DNA of 64,000 nucleotides from positions 1 to 64,000 of the forward strand of contig DLMY01000016.1 of assembly GCA_002478275.1 (NCBI GenBank), in the 5' to 3' direction. The notes below the pieces were generated by a model. The model was not told the origin of the DNA. It did not search any database and was given only the letters and a program-made list of their open reading frames with translations. The position numbers and the translations under genes are program-made. Shown piece after piece: positions 39,740-48,326 of this stretch; position 1 is the first letter of the stretch, and each line of letters begins with the position of its first letter. This DNA is from Actinobacteria bacterium UBA7524. GTDB lineage: Bacteria; Actinomycetota; Coriobacteriia; Anaerosomatales; UBA912.

Positions 39740-40915
39740 TCAGGGGCGCTTTCTCGGCAACATCCGGGCCGCCAGACGCCCCAGCGCAGGCACGTGAAGT
39801 GTGATCGCCTGGGGAGGGCACAGCTCCTGGCAGCAGTAGCATCTGATGCATGCACTCCGGTCGAATGCAGGGCCGTCTGAACCCAGATCGACGGCCCCGA
39901 CGGGGCAGACCTTCCTGCAAGTCCCGCAGAGGGTGCACGCGACCGCACCGGTGAATTCAGGGCGGGCGAGCAGGTGTGCATTCGCCGCGTCGTTCAACCA
40001 GCTCGGCATGCGGCTCATGGGGTCCGAGGCCGGAAGGCGGAAGTCCGGGGGTGCGAGCTCACGCCATGGCACGCCCAGGACATCGATCTCATCTGCGGTC
40101 GTAGGGACCAGCCCCCGGTTCGCAGCAGCACGGTTCGTGTAGACCTCCATCGGGTCGAACCCGGCCATCGCGGATGCGACCACGTCGAGTGCTGCGCAGT
40201 CGGCCGAGGCCATCAGTGCGCCTATCTTGCGCGGATGGCCTCCTGCCGGGCCGTCCCCTTCCATGCCTACGACGGCATCCATGACGGCCAGCGCAGGCCT
40301 GCAGACCCGCATCAGGTCCACCAGCATCTCGGCGAACTCGTTTCGGCCCGGTACCTTGAGGTGGAAGGTCGCTTTCTCCAGGCCGGGAATGCACCCGAAA
40401 AGGTTCTTGACCGCGCCCGTGAACATCATGAACCCGTGCGTCTTGAACTTGGGGACGCTGATCAAGACGTCGGCCTGGGCCACCGCGCGCCCTATGGTGA
40501 ACGCCCCGAACAGCGCGGGATCGTGCGTGGTGACGCGAACGGGGTCGTCGTCGAAGAGCAGCAGCGGGACGTTCTCCTCGGCACATACCTTCGCGATGCC
40601 GCTCGTCTGGTGGATCTGCCGAACCCACGCCGGGGTGTTGGGTCCACCGGGGCTGTCGCCGACGCTCACTTCGCCGCCCGCCGAGCGGACCGCGTGGATC
40701 AGCGCCCGCACCACTTCCGGATGAGTGGTGACGGCCCTGTCGGGCTCGGCCTTCGACAGCAGATTGACCTTGAGGAGCACGTTCTGTCCCGGAGAGACGA
40801 ACGCGCCGAACCCGCCCAGCGGTTCAAGAGCGTTCTCAAGCGCCGAGGAGACATCTTCTGTCCGGTACGAGGAGCACTCAGCCACAGAGACGCGATGGTC
40901 GGAGGGCGGTGTCAC
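39740..40915 (-). CDS. DUF362 family protein with C-terminal 4Fe-4S dicluster
   Basis: LLKVNLL, TTHPEV, GDSPG, PKFKTH, AVKNLFGCIPG, MEGDGP; CTLCGTC..CP and CIRCYCCQELCP. Confidence 0.88.
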   Translation of the reverse strand: MTPPSDHRVSVAECSSYRTEDVSSALENALEPLGGFGAFVSPGQNVLLKVNLLSKAEPDRAVTTHPEVVRALIHAVRSAGGEVSVGDSPGGPNTPAWVRQIHQTSGIAKVCAEENVPLLLFDDDPVRVTTHDPALFGAFTIGRAVAQADVLISVPKFKTHGFMMFTGAVKNLFGCIPGLEKATFHLKVPGRNEFAEMLVDLMRVCRPALAVMDAVVGMEGDGPAGGHPRKIGALMASADCAALDVVASAMAGFDPMEVYTNRAAANRGLVPTTADEIDVLGVPWRELAPPDFRLPASDPMSRMPSWLNDAANAHLLARPEFTGAVACTLCGTCRKVCPVGAVDLGSDGPAFDRSACIRCYCCQELCPPQAITLHVPALGRLAARMLPRKRP

Positions 40916-40925
40916 GATTCGGGTT

Positions 40926-41267
40926 CTAGAGGGCGCTTCGTGTGAGCCGGTTACCGACGGCCTTCAAGATGGCCGGGTAGGAGACGGCCCCGTCGTACAG
41001 CGGGACCCCATCGACCACGGTGACGGGATAGAGCAGGCCGCGCGCCTCGATCTCCTGGACGATGCGGGCGTTCGTCTCCCTGACCCCGGCATCGCTGACA
41101 TCGTGATAGATGATGCGCGCTGCGTCACCGAAGCGACGATCCATCTCCTCACCGATGATGGCGGTGATCTCCTCCGGAGACCACGATGGACCTCAACCCC
41201 CGCTGTAGCAGGAGGTGTAGGTGGGAAGATCGAACACCTCGACTGTGATCGGCGAGTGCTCTGTCAT
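40926..41267 (-). CDS. Predicted 113-aa selenoprotein, thioredoxin-like fold (ArsD/YuzD-like), C-x4-U motif
   Basis: ATG 41267 with GAAGGAG RBS; MTEHSPITVEVFDLPTYTSCYSGG-TGA-GPSW reads in frame into ORF 40926-41144; SECIS-like hairpin follows the TGA. Confidence 0.8.
41164..41184 (-). promoter_or_regulatory. SECIS-like hairpin of the small selenoprotein
   Basis: GTGGTCTCC-GGA-GGAGATCAC at +9 to +29 after TGA (41195-41193); loop GG at +18/+19, like the fdhA SECIS. Confidence 0.65.
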
Positions 41268-41278
41268 GCTTTGCTCCT

Positions 41279-41479
41279 TCATGCCGGACGAACAGCTCCG
41301 CCTGCGCAGACGCGCATGCACACGGCGCAACCCTTACACAGGGACTCGATCACCCTGTAACCCCGTGACCCCGGATACGGACCGCCTTCTACAGGTACGA
41401 TAGCACCCGTCGGACACACTCGTCTCGACGGACAGGTGTCCGAACGGTCGCAGGCGGCGTTGTCGATCGTTACAAGCAT
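41279..41479 (-). CDS. Small ferredoxin-like 4Fe-4S protein
   Basis: CDRSDTCPSRRVCPTGAI and CKGCAVCMRVC; GGAAAG RBS. Confidence 0.85.
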   Translation of the reverse strand: MLVTIDNAACDRSDTCPSRRVCPTGAIVPVEGGPYPGSRGYRVIESLCKGCAVCMRVCAGGAVRPA

Positions 41480-41518
41480 GTCGCGATTCGCTTTCCCGAA
41501 GGGGCTGCAGGCGTGGAT

Positions 41519-41547
41519 AGTATACCCCATGGGGTATACCGATGCAA
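41519..41547 (-). promoter_or_regulatory. Promoter with CsoR/RcnR-type operator
   Basis: Minus-strand TTGCAT-17bp-TATACT; perfect 20-bp palindrome GTATACCCCATGGGGTATAC (41520-41539) covers the spacer and -10 box. Confidence 0.75.
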
Positions 41548-41620
41548 CATACGATTGTAGTTAATGCCGCAGCAGACTGATACTATTGTCAAGGATCGGC
41601 CTACCGAAGGGGAGGGCAAC

Positions 41621-42775
41621 GTGCGCATCAAGATGACGGACACCAACCGGAAGCTGCTCGTCACCATGTTGGCGGCCGGCATCGGCATCGGCATCGCCTT
41701 TCCCCTGATAGCCGGATTGTTCGTCGTTCCCAAGAGCCCACAGCTGTGGGTGGTCTTCTGGATACTGTGTCTTGCTGCGGGGATCGGCCTTGGCCTGCTT
41801 TGTGTATTCGTCTCGGTGCGAACGGGGGACGGATTGTTCCGCGAAGTGTTGCGAGAGGCGCAGAAGCGCTACTCGATCACCGTGGACATGAGCGGTTCCG
41901 CTGACGACATGCAGAAGGAAGTCCTTTCGTTGCTCGACAGGCTGAACTCCCTTCTCGAGAGTGCCACGTCGATCAACAACGACATGCGCGCGCTGACCTC
42001 TCAGGTGCTTGCTGCGACGGAGCAGCAGGCGTCCGGTGCTGCGGAGCAGGCGGCGGCGGTCGCGGAGACATCTGCAACGGTCGAGGAGCTCGCTCAGACC
42101 TCCAAGCAGATCGCCGACAATTCCACGGCGGTGGTCAGCGTGGCCGAGCGCACACTCGCAAGTGCGGAAGAAGGCATGCAGTCGGTGACCGACACCGCTG
42201 AGGGCATCGAGGAGATCCGGGTGAGTACGCAGCAATCCTCCGACCGGATCCTTGTGCTGGGTGAGCGTAGTCAGGAGATCGGAAGGGTCCTGGTCATCAT
42301 CGATGACGTGGCTGAGCAGACGAAGATCCTCGCGCTGAACGCCGCTATCGAGGCTGCCCGAGCCGGCGAGGCCGGCAAGGGTTTCGCGGTCGTCGCCGAG
42401 GAGATCCGCAAGCTGGCCGATTCGGTCACCGAGTCCACCCAGGAGATCGGCCGTGTAGTCAGAGAGATACAGGCGTCCACCTCGCAACTCATCATGTCGA
42501 CCGAGCGTGCGGCCAAGAAGGTGGAAGAGGGCAAGGCGCTCGCGCAGCGTACGCAGGATTCACTGGACAAGATCGTCAGCCAGGTCGAGGAGACCACTGA
42601 TTCGGCCAAGCAGATCTCCATAGCCACTCAGCAACAAAGGACGGCATCCGACCAGGTCGTGCTTTCAATGCGTGAGGTCGCCCAGGTAAGCCAGCAGGCC
42701 GCCGAAGCCTCAAGACAGATCACCGCGGCCATCGTGGACCTCAATCAGCTTGCCGATTCACTGCTGATAAGGTGA
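41621..42775 (+). CDS. Methyl-accepting chemotaxis protein (2 TM, minimal sensor)
   Basis: [45 protein letters not shown]. Confidence 0.93.
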   Translation: MRIKMTDTNRKLLVTMLAAGIGIGIAFPLIAGLFVVPKSPQLWVVFWILCLAAGIGLGLLCVFVSVRTGDGLFREVLREAQKRYSITVDMSGSADDMQKEVLSLLDRLNSLLESATSINNDMRALTSQVLAATEQQASGAAEQAAAVAETSATVEELAQTSKQIADNSTAVVSVAERTLASAEEGMQSVTDTAEGIEEIRVSTQQSSDRILVLGERSQEIGRVLVIIDDVAEQTKILALNAAIEAARAGEAGKGFAVVAEEIRKLADSVTESTQEIGRVVREIQASTSQLIMSTERAAKKVEEGKALAQRTQDSLDKIVSQVEETTDSAKQISIATQQQRTASDQVVLSMREVAQVSQQAAEASRQITAAIVDLNQLADSLLIR

Positions 42776-42996
42776 GGACGCATTCTCGTTATGACTGCTA
42801 TTCTGGTAGGAGAGGGTAGGGATTCTCCTTTGCGTGGCGAAATGTCCAGAGTAGGCGTGAACCGTCTGCTCTGAGCATGTGTGAGTCCTGTTGAGCGGGT
42901 GGGCTTGTTCGGATATCGTTAGCGCTGTGGGCGGAGGCTAGTGCCGCCTTTCACGTGTTCGAAACCGGCCCCGGACGTGATCAAGGAGAGATGTGT

Positions 42997-45096
42997 ATGG
43001 CGAAGATCTCACTGGATGGGTTCAAGGACCCTATCCGCCGGCCGCGGTTCATCATCTGGACGGGCGTGGCCGTCCTCATGCTGGCCGCCGTCGTGATCGT
43101 CGCGTTGGGGGTGACATCGACCTACTGGTTCTGTGCAGAGGGCTGCCATAAGGTGCAGGACGACACGATTCTCGCGTATGACCGTTCATCACACTCCGAG
43201 ATCTCGTGTATGGCCTGCCATATGCCGGTTAACGCCGACCCGATCACCTTCGTGCTGCATAAGGCAGAGGCTCTCGGCGAGCTGTATCTCACCGCTACCA
43301 ACAACTTCGAGTTGCCCCTGAACGGGCATTCGCATGTAGCCCTTGAGATGCCTGAGGGCCAGTGCACGCAGTGCCATTCAAGCAACCGCAAGATCACGCC
43401 GAGTCCCGGCATCATCATCGACCACGAGATACATCATGAGAAGGAAGTCAGCTGTACGATGTGCCACAACCGTGTGGCGCATCCTGAGGACTTCGAGCTC
43501 ACGCTGACGGACCCGAAGACCGGCGAACCCAATCGTCCACACGACGACTGGATGCTCATGACCGCGTGCTTCCGGTGTCACAGCCTCGAGGACGGGGCCG
43601 AGGCACCAGGCAGGTGCGCGGCGTGCCACCCGAAGGACTTCGAGCTCAAGCCTGACAATCACCTCGTTGAAGGCTTCTTCCCGCGTGGTCACGCTGACAT
43701 GGCGATGGATGCCATCGCGAGTGTCGAGGCCGCTACTTCCGGCGAGCACGGTGAAGAGGGCGAAGCCGAGGAAGAGGGCGAAGCCGAGGAAGAGGGCGAA
43801 GAAGAGACCGGGACCGAGTCGCAGGAAGACGCTTCTTTCGGCATTGCTCGGGCCTACGCTTCTGGCGGTGCCCACAATCCTTGGGCAGACAAGATCCCTG
43901 CAGTGGCCGAGGTCAACTACTGCTCGACGTGCCACCCGCAGACGTTCTGCAGCAACTGCCACGGCATGGAGATGCCGCACCCCGAGGAGTTCCGCACCAA
44001 GACCCACCGGGACCTCGTGGCAACCGCGGCAGACAAGTGCGATTACTGCCACAACACCGAGGAGACCAACTACCTGTTCTGTAACGACTGCCACCATGGT
44101 AGCGCCTCGAACTGGGAGTACGATCCTGCGGTCGCCTGGCAGACACAGCATGCTCAGACCGTGGTCGCAAATGGCATAGACCTGTGTCTCGAGGCCTGCC
44201 ACGTGCAGAAGTTCTGCCTTGACTGTCACACGAGTCTGATGCCGGTGCCCGGTTCACACAGGGCCGCAGACTGGCTCCGCAAGCCTGCTGATGCGCTTGG
44301 CGTGCACGCTGAGGCGTTCAAGGGTCAGCCGAGTGCATGCGAGATATGTCACGGTCCCGACATGCCGAACGGCAATGCATTCTGTCGTGGCTGCCACCAG
44401 CTCGACGTCCCACACCCGCAGGAGTTCAAGCAGTTCCACTCCAAGACGGGCAAGGACTCACCCGCAGTGTGTGCGAACTGCCACACGTACCGCGAGCTTT
44501 GTAGTGACTGTCACCACACCGGTGCTGTTGACGGCACTCCGTGGAACAACATCCACGGCGGCATAGTCAATGAGAGCGGTGCGGCCGGCTGCCTCGAGAA
44601 GTGCCACAAGCAGGAGTTCTGCGTGAACTGTCACATCTCGCGCAACATAGTCCCCGCATCTCACAACGCGGCAGGCTGGACCAATCGTGCGGCGCTGTCG
44701 ACTCCGGCTCTGCACCCGGCTGCCTATACTCAGGCAACAGACAGCTGCTCGTATTGTCACGGTGGCGGTACGCCCGCGGAGAATCAGTTCTGTACCGATT
44801 GTCACGTGCTCGAGATGCCGCATCCTTCTGGATTCGGCGCGAAGGGCAAGGGCAATGGCGGAGCGCACCAGGCTGGCCTTACTGACGGCTCCTTCACGAG
44901 ACCGCAGTGTCAGAACTGTCACAGTCAGGCGTTCTGCGATGGATGTCACCATGACTACACCGGTCAGCAGCGTTGGGTGAACTACCATCCTGCTCCGGTG
45001 AAGGAGAATGGTGCACAGCCGTGCTTCGACTGCCACGTGGAGACTACCTGCTCGTACTGTCACGTGCGACTCGCGTCACAGTACATCAATCAGTAG
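42997..45096 (+). CDS. Membrane-anchored NapC/NirT-type multiheme cytochrome with long heme extension (~24 hemes)
   Basis: N-terminal TM, WFCAEGCH..SSH..SCMACH; 21 CxxCH plus 3 CxxxCH; AAGGAG RBS. Confidence 0.88.
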   Translation: MAKISLDGFKDPIRRPRFIIWTGVAVLMLAAVVIVALGVTSTYWFCAEGCHKVQDDTILAYDRSSHSEISCMACHMPVNADPITFVLHKAEALGELYLTATNNFELPLNGHSHVALEMPEGQCTQCHSSNRKITPSPGIIIDHEIHHEKEVSCTMCHNRVAHPEDFELTLTDPKTGEPNRPHDDWMLMTACFRCHSLEDGAEAPGRCAACHPKDFELKPDNHLVEGFFPRGHADMAMDAIASVEAATSGEHGEEGEAEEEGEAEEEGEEETGTESQEDASFGIARAYASGGAHNPWADKIPAVAEVNYCSTCHPQTFCSNCHGMEMPHPEEFRTKTHRDLVATAADKCDYCHNTEETNYLFCNDCHHGSASNWEYDPAVAWQTQHAQTVVANGIDLCLEACHVQKFCLDCHTSLMPVPGSHRAADWLRKPADALGVHAEAFKGQPSACEICHGPDMPNGNAFCRGCHQLDVPHPQEFKQFHSKTGKDSPAVCANCHTYRELCSDCHHTGAVDGTPWNNIHGGIVNESGAAGCLEKCHKQEFCVNCHISRNIVPASHNAAGWTNRAALSTPALHPAAYTQATDSCSYCHGGGTPAENQFCTDCHVLEMPHPSGFGAKGKGNGGAHQAGLTDGSFTRPQCQNCHSQAFCDGCHHDYTGQQRWVNYHPAPVKENGAQPCFDCHVETTCSYCHVRLASQYINQ
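43753..43806 (+). repeat. 18-bp tandem repeat encoding an acidic EEGEAE linker
   Basis: GAAGAGGGCGAAGCCGAG x2 plus a degenerate third copy. Confidence 0.85.
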
Positions 45097-45121
45097 CTTT
45101 CGATTCACGACACGGAGTCTA

Positions 45122-45152
45122 GAGGCCCGGCCACGTCAAGTGGCCGGGCCTC
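45122..45152 (+). terminator. Hairpin after multiheme cytochrome
   Basis: GAGGCCCGGCCAC-5nt-GTGGCCGGGCCTC perfect stem. Confidence 0.65.
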
Positions 45153-45208
45153 AACCTTCGGGCAAGGGGTTTCACAGGCCACGATGACCGTGTATCATAC
45201 CGCCTCGT

Positions 45209-45285
45209 CGGGATGTGGCTCAGCTTGGTAGAGCGCTGCGTTCGGGACGCAGAGGTCGTGGGTTCGAATCCCGCCATCCCGACCA
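45209..45285 (+). tRNA. tRNA-Pro(CGG)
   Basis: CGGGATG acceptor stem, anticodon arm CTGCG-TTCGGGA-CGCAG, GGTTCGAATCC T-arm, encoded CCA. Confidence 0.97.
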
Positions 45286-45298
45286 TCATCGAGACCAG

Positions 45299-45328
45299 AC
45301 AGCGGGCCGACTGATGTCGGCCCGCTGT
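45299..45328 (+). terminator. Hairpin downstream of tRNA
   Basis: ACAGCGGGCCGAC-TGAT-GTCGGCCCGCTGT. Confidence 0.65.
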
Positions 45329-45349
45329 TCGTGTAAGGGAGTCTGCGCA

Positions 45350-46036
45350 GTGCCACGTGTGCTCGAGTTGATAGGCTTCGGACTGTGCCACCAGTTGCCG
45401 GAGCGCTCGTTCTTCGCAGGCGGGGTTCAACTGCCAGTGTGTGCCAGGGATACGGGCATCTACGCCGGCTTCGTGGTAGCCGTGGTCGTCATCATGCTGT
45501 TTGCAGACAGCAGACGTGCGATCGACATGCCCCCGCGCTGGCTGATGGTCCTGCTGGTGGGCTTCATCGCGACGATGGCTGTGGATGGTGTGAGTTCATA
45601 TGCGGGTTGGCGCGAGACGAACAACGACATTCGGTTGGCCACCGGACTTGCGGCGGGATTCGCCATCGGGGCGCTGAGCGTCCCGATGCTCAACGGACAG
45701 CTTTGGCGCGACTATCGTCAGGCCAGGATACTGGGCAGACCACACGAGGCGGGTGTCTTCCTCATCGCGTTGCCCGTGACATACCTGATCCTTCGATATG
45801 TCGCTCCGGCCACTGGCGCACTGTACGCCTGGCTGGTGGCCTTGTTCATACTGCTGACTTTCACGACTGTCAATCTGGTGATCGTCTGCCTTCTGCGTCC
45901 TTTCGAGCGTCGAGCAGCCAGGTTCAGGGATGCGTGGCCGTCGGTGATGTGGGCATTCGTGCTGACGGTCGTCGAGCTGACACTGGCTTCCTTCGCCCAG
46001 CTATGGTTGGCCCGGCTGGTCGCAGTGGTTGCGTGA
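45350..46036 (+). CDS. DUF2085 family membrane protein
   Basis: CHQLPERSF..QLPVCARDTGIY; DG..S..E.NN.IRL.TG. Confidence 0.85.
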   Translation: MPRVLELIGFGLCHQLPERSFFAGGVQLPVCARDTGIYAGFVVAVVVIMLFADSRRAIDMPPRWLMVLLVGFIATMAVDGVSSYAGWRETNNDIRLATGLAAGFAIGALSVPMLNGQLWRDYRQARILGRPHEAGVFLIALPVTYLILRYVAPATGALYAWLVALFILLTFTTVNLVIVCLLRPFERRAARFRDAWPSVMWAFVLTVVELTLASFAQLWLARLVAVVA

Positions 46037-46130
46037 TCGCCGGCCCTACCCTTGCTTGTTTTGCATGTTCTCAGCTCCTGTGTTTAGGTTAGAGTTGCGA
46101 TGAGGGCTCGACCGGTCGAAGGAGGCGCTC

Positions 46131-46370
46131 GTGGTCTATACGAACAAGGACTGCGTGAGCGTGGTGATCACCACTGCTTCGCTGAAGATCGAGGGCAAGA
46201 TATATGTTCTGTCCGGGTCGCGGTTGACGGATGCGCTGAACTCCAAGGCCAAGGACTTCCTCGCGGTGACGGATGCCCGCGTCTACAGACTGGACACCGG
46301 TGAGCTGCTCTATGAGCCGGCATACCTTGCGGTGAACCGTGAAGCGGTTCAGGTGATGTTCCCGGCCTGA
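46131..46370 (+). CDS. Small hypothetical protein (DUF6812-like)
   Basis: AGGAGG RBS; IEGKIY..SRLTDALN..FLAVTDA..YLAVN pattern. Confidence 0.7.
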   Translation: MVYTNKDCVSVVITTASLKIEGKIYVLSGSRLTDALNSKAKDFLAVTDARVYRLDTGELLYEPAYLAVNREAVQVMFPA

Positions 46371-46442
46371 AGGCCGACGACGCCGTTAGTGTCATACCTG
46401 GGTTCTAGTCTGGCTTCGAACAACGTTCGAAGGGAGACGAAG

Positions 46443-47060
46443 ATGCCTGAGGCTGCTACATTCGAGACACCGACTGGGGCGATATCCTTCCTGCACGCCA
46501 TCGAGAAGAACGCCGTTGATTCCGGTCGCATTCCCCCGAGTCTGGCGCAGTACGCGCGCGCGGCGACCGCACGCCGCTTCGGTCACGGACCTACCCCCAT
46601 CGGATCTCGCGACCGGAACCGCATGCGTGCGTACTTCTGGGCGGTCGTGCGTCGCCGGGGCATCAGCTCTCGCGGCGGGGATTTGAGAATCCTGCGGGAG
46701 CGACTCCTTCTCTCGACTCTCGAAGCTGATCTTCTCGATGCGGGCAGAAGTCACAGAGAAGTCCTTGAGGAACTCGTTACCGACTACGGCAGTTCAGTCT
46801 CGCCAGAGAGTCTCTTGGAGCTGAGATGCCGATTGACGTGTGAGGGGGACTACTTGGATGTTGTTGACACGATCACATCGCCGGTTGCCCGGTCGAACGC
46901 CCAAAGGCGTAGACGGTCGAGCGTTCCTCCTTCGGACCCCCAGACTTCGATGATGACCCATGCCTCGCGCCCGTCGACACTGGCCGACTCGGTATGGAAT
47001 GGGACCGATCTGCCATCTGAGGGGAAGTGCTCAGTGATGAAGTCGGCCAACTCGGCTTGA
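46443..47060 (+). CDS. Hypothetical protein; 3' end overlaps the opposite-strand gene
   Basis: AGGGAG RBS before ATG 46443; first ~135 aa look protein-like. Confidence 0.4.
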   Translation: MPEAATFETPTGAISFLHAIEKNAVDSGRIPPSLAQYARAATARRFGHGPTPIGSRDRNRMRAYFWAVVRRRGISSRGGDLRILRERLLLSTLEADLLDAGRSHREVLEELVTDYGSSVSPESLLELRCRLTCEGDYLDVVDTITSPVARSNAQRRRRSSVPPSDPQTSMMTHASRPSTLADSVWNGTDLPSEGKCSVMKSANSA

Positions 47061-47314
47061 TCCGTACCCTGGGAGCGAAGCTTGCTCAGTGCTGAGTGAC
47101 GATGTCCGGGGGCGCTGTCTACCCGATCACCGAAGTAATCGGGGCGTTCAACCTGGGCCACTAGTGGCTCCATGTCATCGGAGCGGTAATCGTTGCCTGA
47201 GTCGACGTAGTCGATCCGGATGGGGGCGGAGCATGCAGGCAACACGATCGCAGCACCGGTGAGAGCGACAACGACCCAGTACGCATGATTCAGACGGATG
47301 TCGATCACCTCCAT
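46850..47314 (-). CDS. Putative lipoprotein
   Basis: Hydrophobic stretch ending VLPA-C. Confidence 0.6.
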   Translation of the reverse strand: MEVIDIRLNHAYWVVVALTGAAIVLPACSAPIRIDYVDSGNDYRSDDMEPLVAQVERPDYFGDRVDSAPGHRHSALSKLRSQGTDQAELADFITEHFPSDGRSVPFHTESASVDGREAWVIIEVWGSEGGTLDRLRLWAFDRATGDVIVSTTSK

Positions 47315-47418
47315 GGCTGGATGAATCCAATAGTAACCGAAAGCCCGGTCATGTAGTGCTTACTCGTGGTTTCGGGCACCATTAAGTCAGGTGACGGCGG
47401 TCGATGAGGGAGTGACCC

Positions 47419-48237
47419 GTGCAGAACATCATCTGTTTTGTCTCCGATTTCGGTCTTGAGGACACGTGGGTGGGGGTATGTCATGCGGTCATCCATCAGT
47501 CGTGTCCTCAGGCGCGCATCGTCGACCTGGCTCATCAGATACCTCCTTTCGACATCCGCAAGGGTGCGGCGGTTGCGGCTGCGGGCCTGTATCAACTACC
47601 GGACGCCATACACCTTGTGGTCGTCGATCCGGGGGTTGGTGGAGGCCGGATGGATCTTTGTCTGATGGCGGCGAACGGGACGCGCCTGGTCGGTCCGGAC
47701 AACGGCGTGTTGATTCCTGCGGCGCGGCGCGGTGGCGGGGTCGTCCAAGCGGTGGCCATCGACCCCGGAAAGTTGCACCTCGCACCCCCGTTGGCGACCT
47801 TTCATGCTCGCGACGTGCTGGCTCCGGCTGCTGCGGCACTGGCTTGTGGCGTCGAACCATTGTCCTTGGGGCGTGAGGTGGAGGTCGAGACCCTTGCGCC
47901 TGCGCCCTTCGGCCCGTGTGTGGCCGAAGGGAACATGCTGTCGGCCGAAGTCGTCGATATCGACAGATTCGGCTCCATGCGCATCGGGCTTACGGCGGAC
48001 GATATGGGGAGACATGGGCTCACGGGCTCTGTCCTCGAACTGAGTTTTGGACACCTGCTCATCGAGGTGCCCTTCGCAACCACGTTCTCCGATGTCGATG
48101 AAGGCGAACCGGTAGCCATGGTCGATTCGTCAGGCTGGCTGACTCTGGCGGTCAGACAGGGAAGCGCCGCCGAGCGCTACGGTATCGAACCCGGCGCGGT
48201 CTTGAGGGTCCGCCTCGAAGACGTGGATACCGGCTAG
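47419..48237 (+). CDS. SAM hydroxide adenosyltransferase (DUF62, chlorinase/fluorinase family)
   Basis: SDFG, VVDPGVGGGR, GPDNG, TFHARD, IDRFG. Confidence 0.9.
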   Translation: MQNIICFVSDFGLEDTWVGVCHAVIHQSCPQARIVDLAHQIPPFDIRKGAAVAAAGLYQLPDAIHLVVVDPGVGGGRMDLCLMAANGTRLVGPDNGVLIPAARRGGGVVQAVAIDPGKLHLAPPLATFHARDVLAPAAAALACGVEPLSLGREVEVETLAPAPFGPCVAEGNMLSAEVVDIDRFGSMRIGLTADDMGRHGLTGSVLELSFGHLLIEVPFATTFSDVDEGEPVAMVDSSGWLTLAVRQGSAAERYGIEPGAVLRVRLEDVDTG

Positions 48238-48326
48238 GGTCCGTATCGCGTCACTCCGATTCCGAATGTCAGAACCCCCGTCTACGATCTGTGTGTAGAG
48301 CCATCTCAGGTCAAGGACGGTGTCGT

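Noticed and set aside
45215..45349. N-terminal extension of the DUF2085 ORF
   Set aside because: Overlaps the tRNA and its hairpin; a better start is GTG 45350 with an RBS
45209..47314. Genomic island integrated at tRNA-Pro
   Set aside because: No integrase, no duplicated tRNA 3' end noticed and no evident compositional shift
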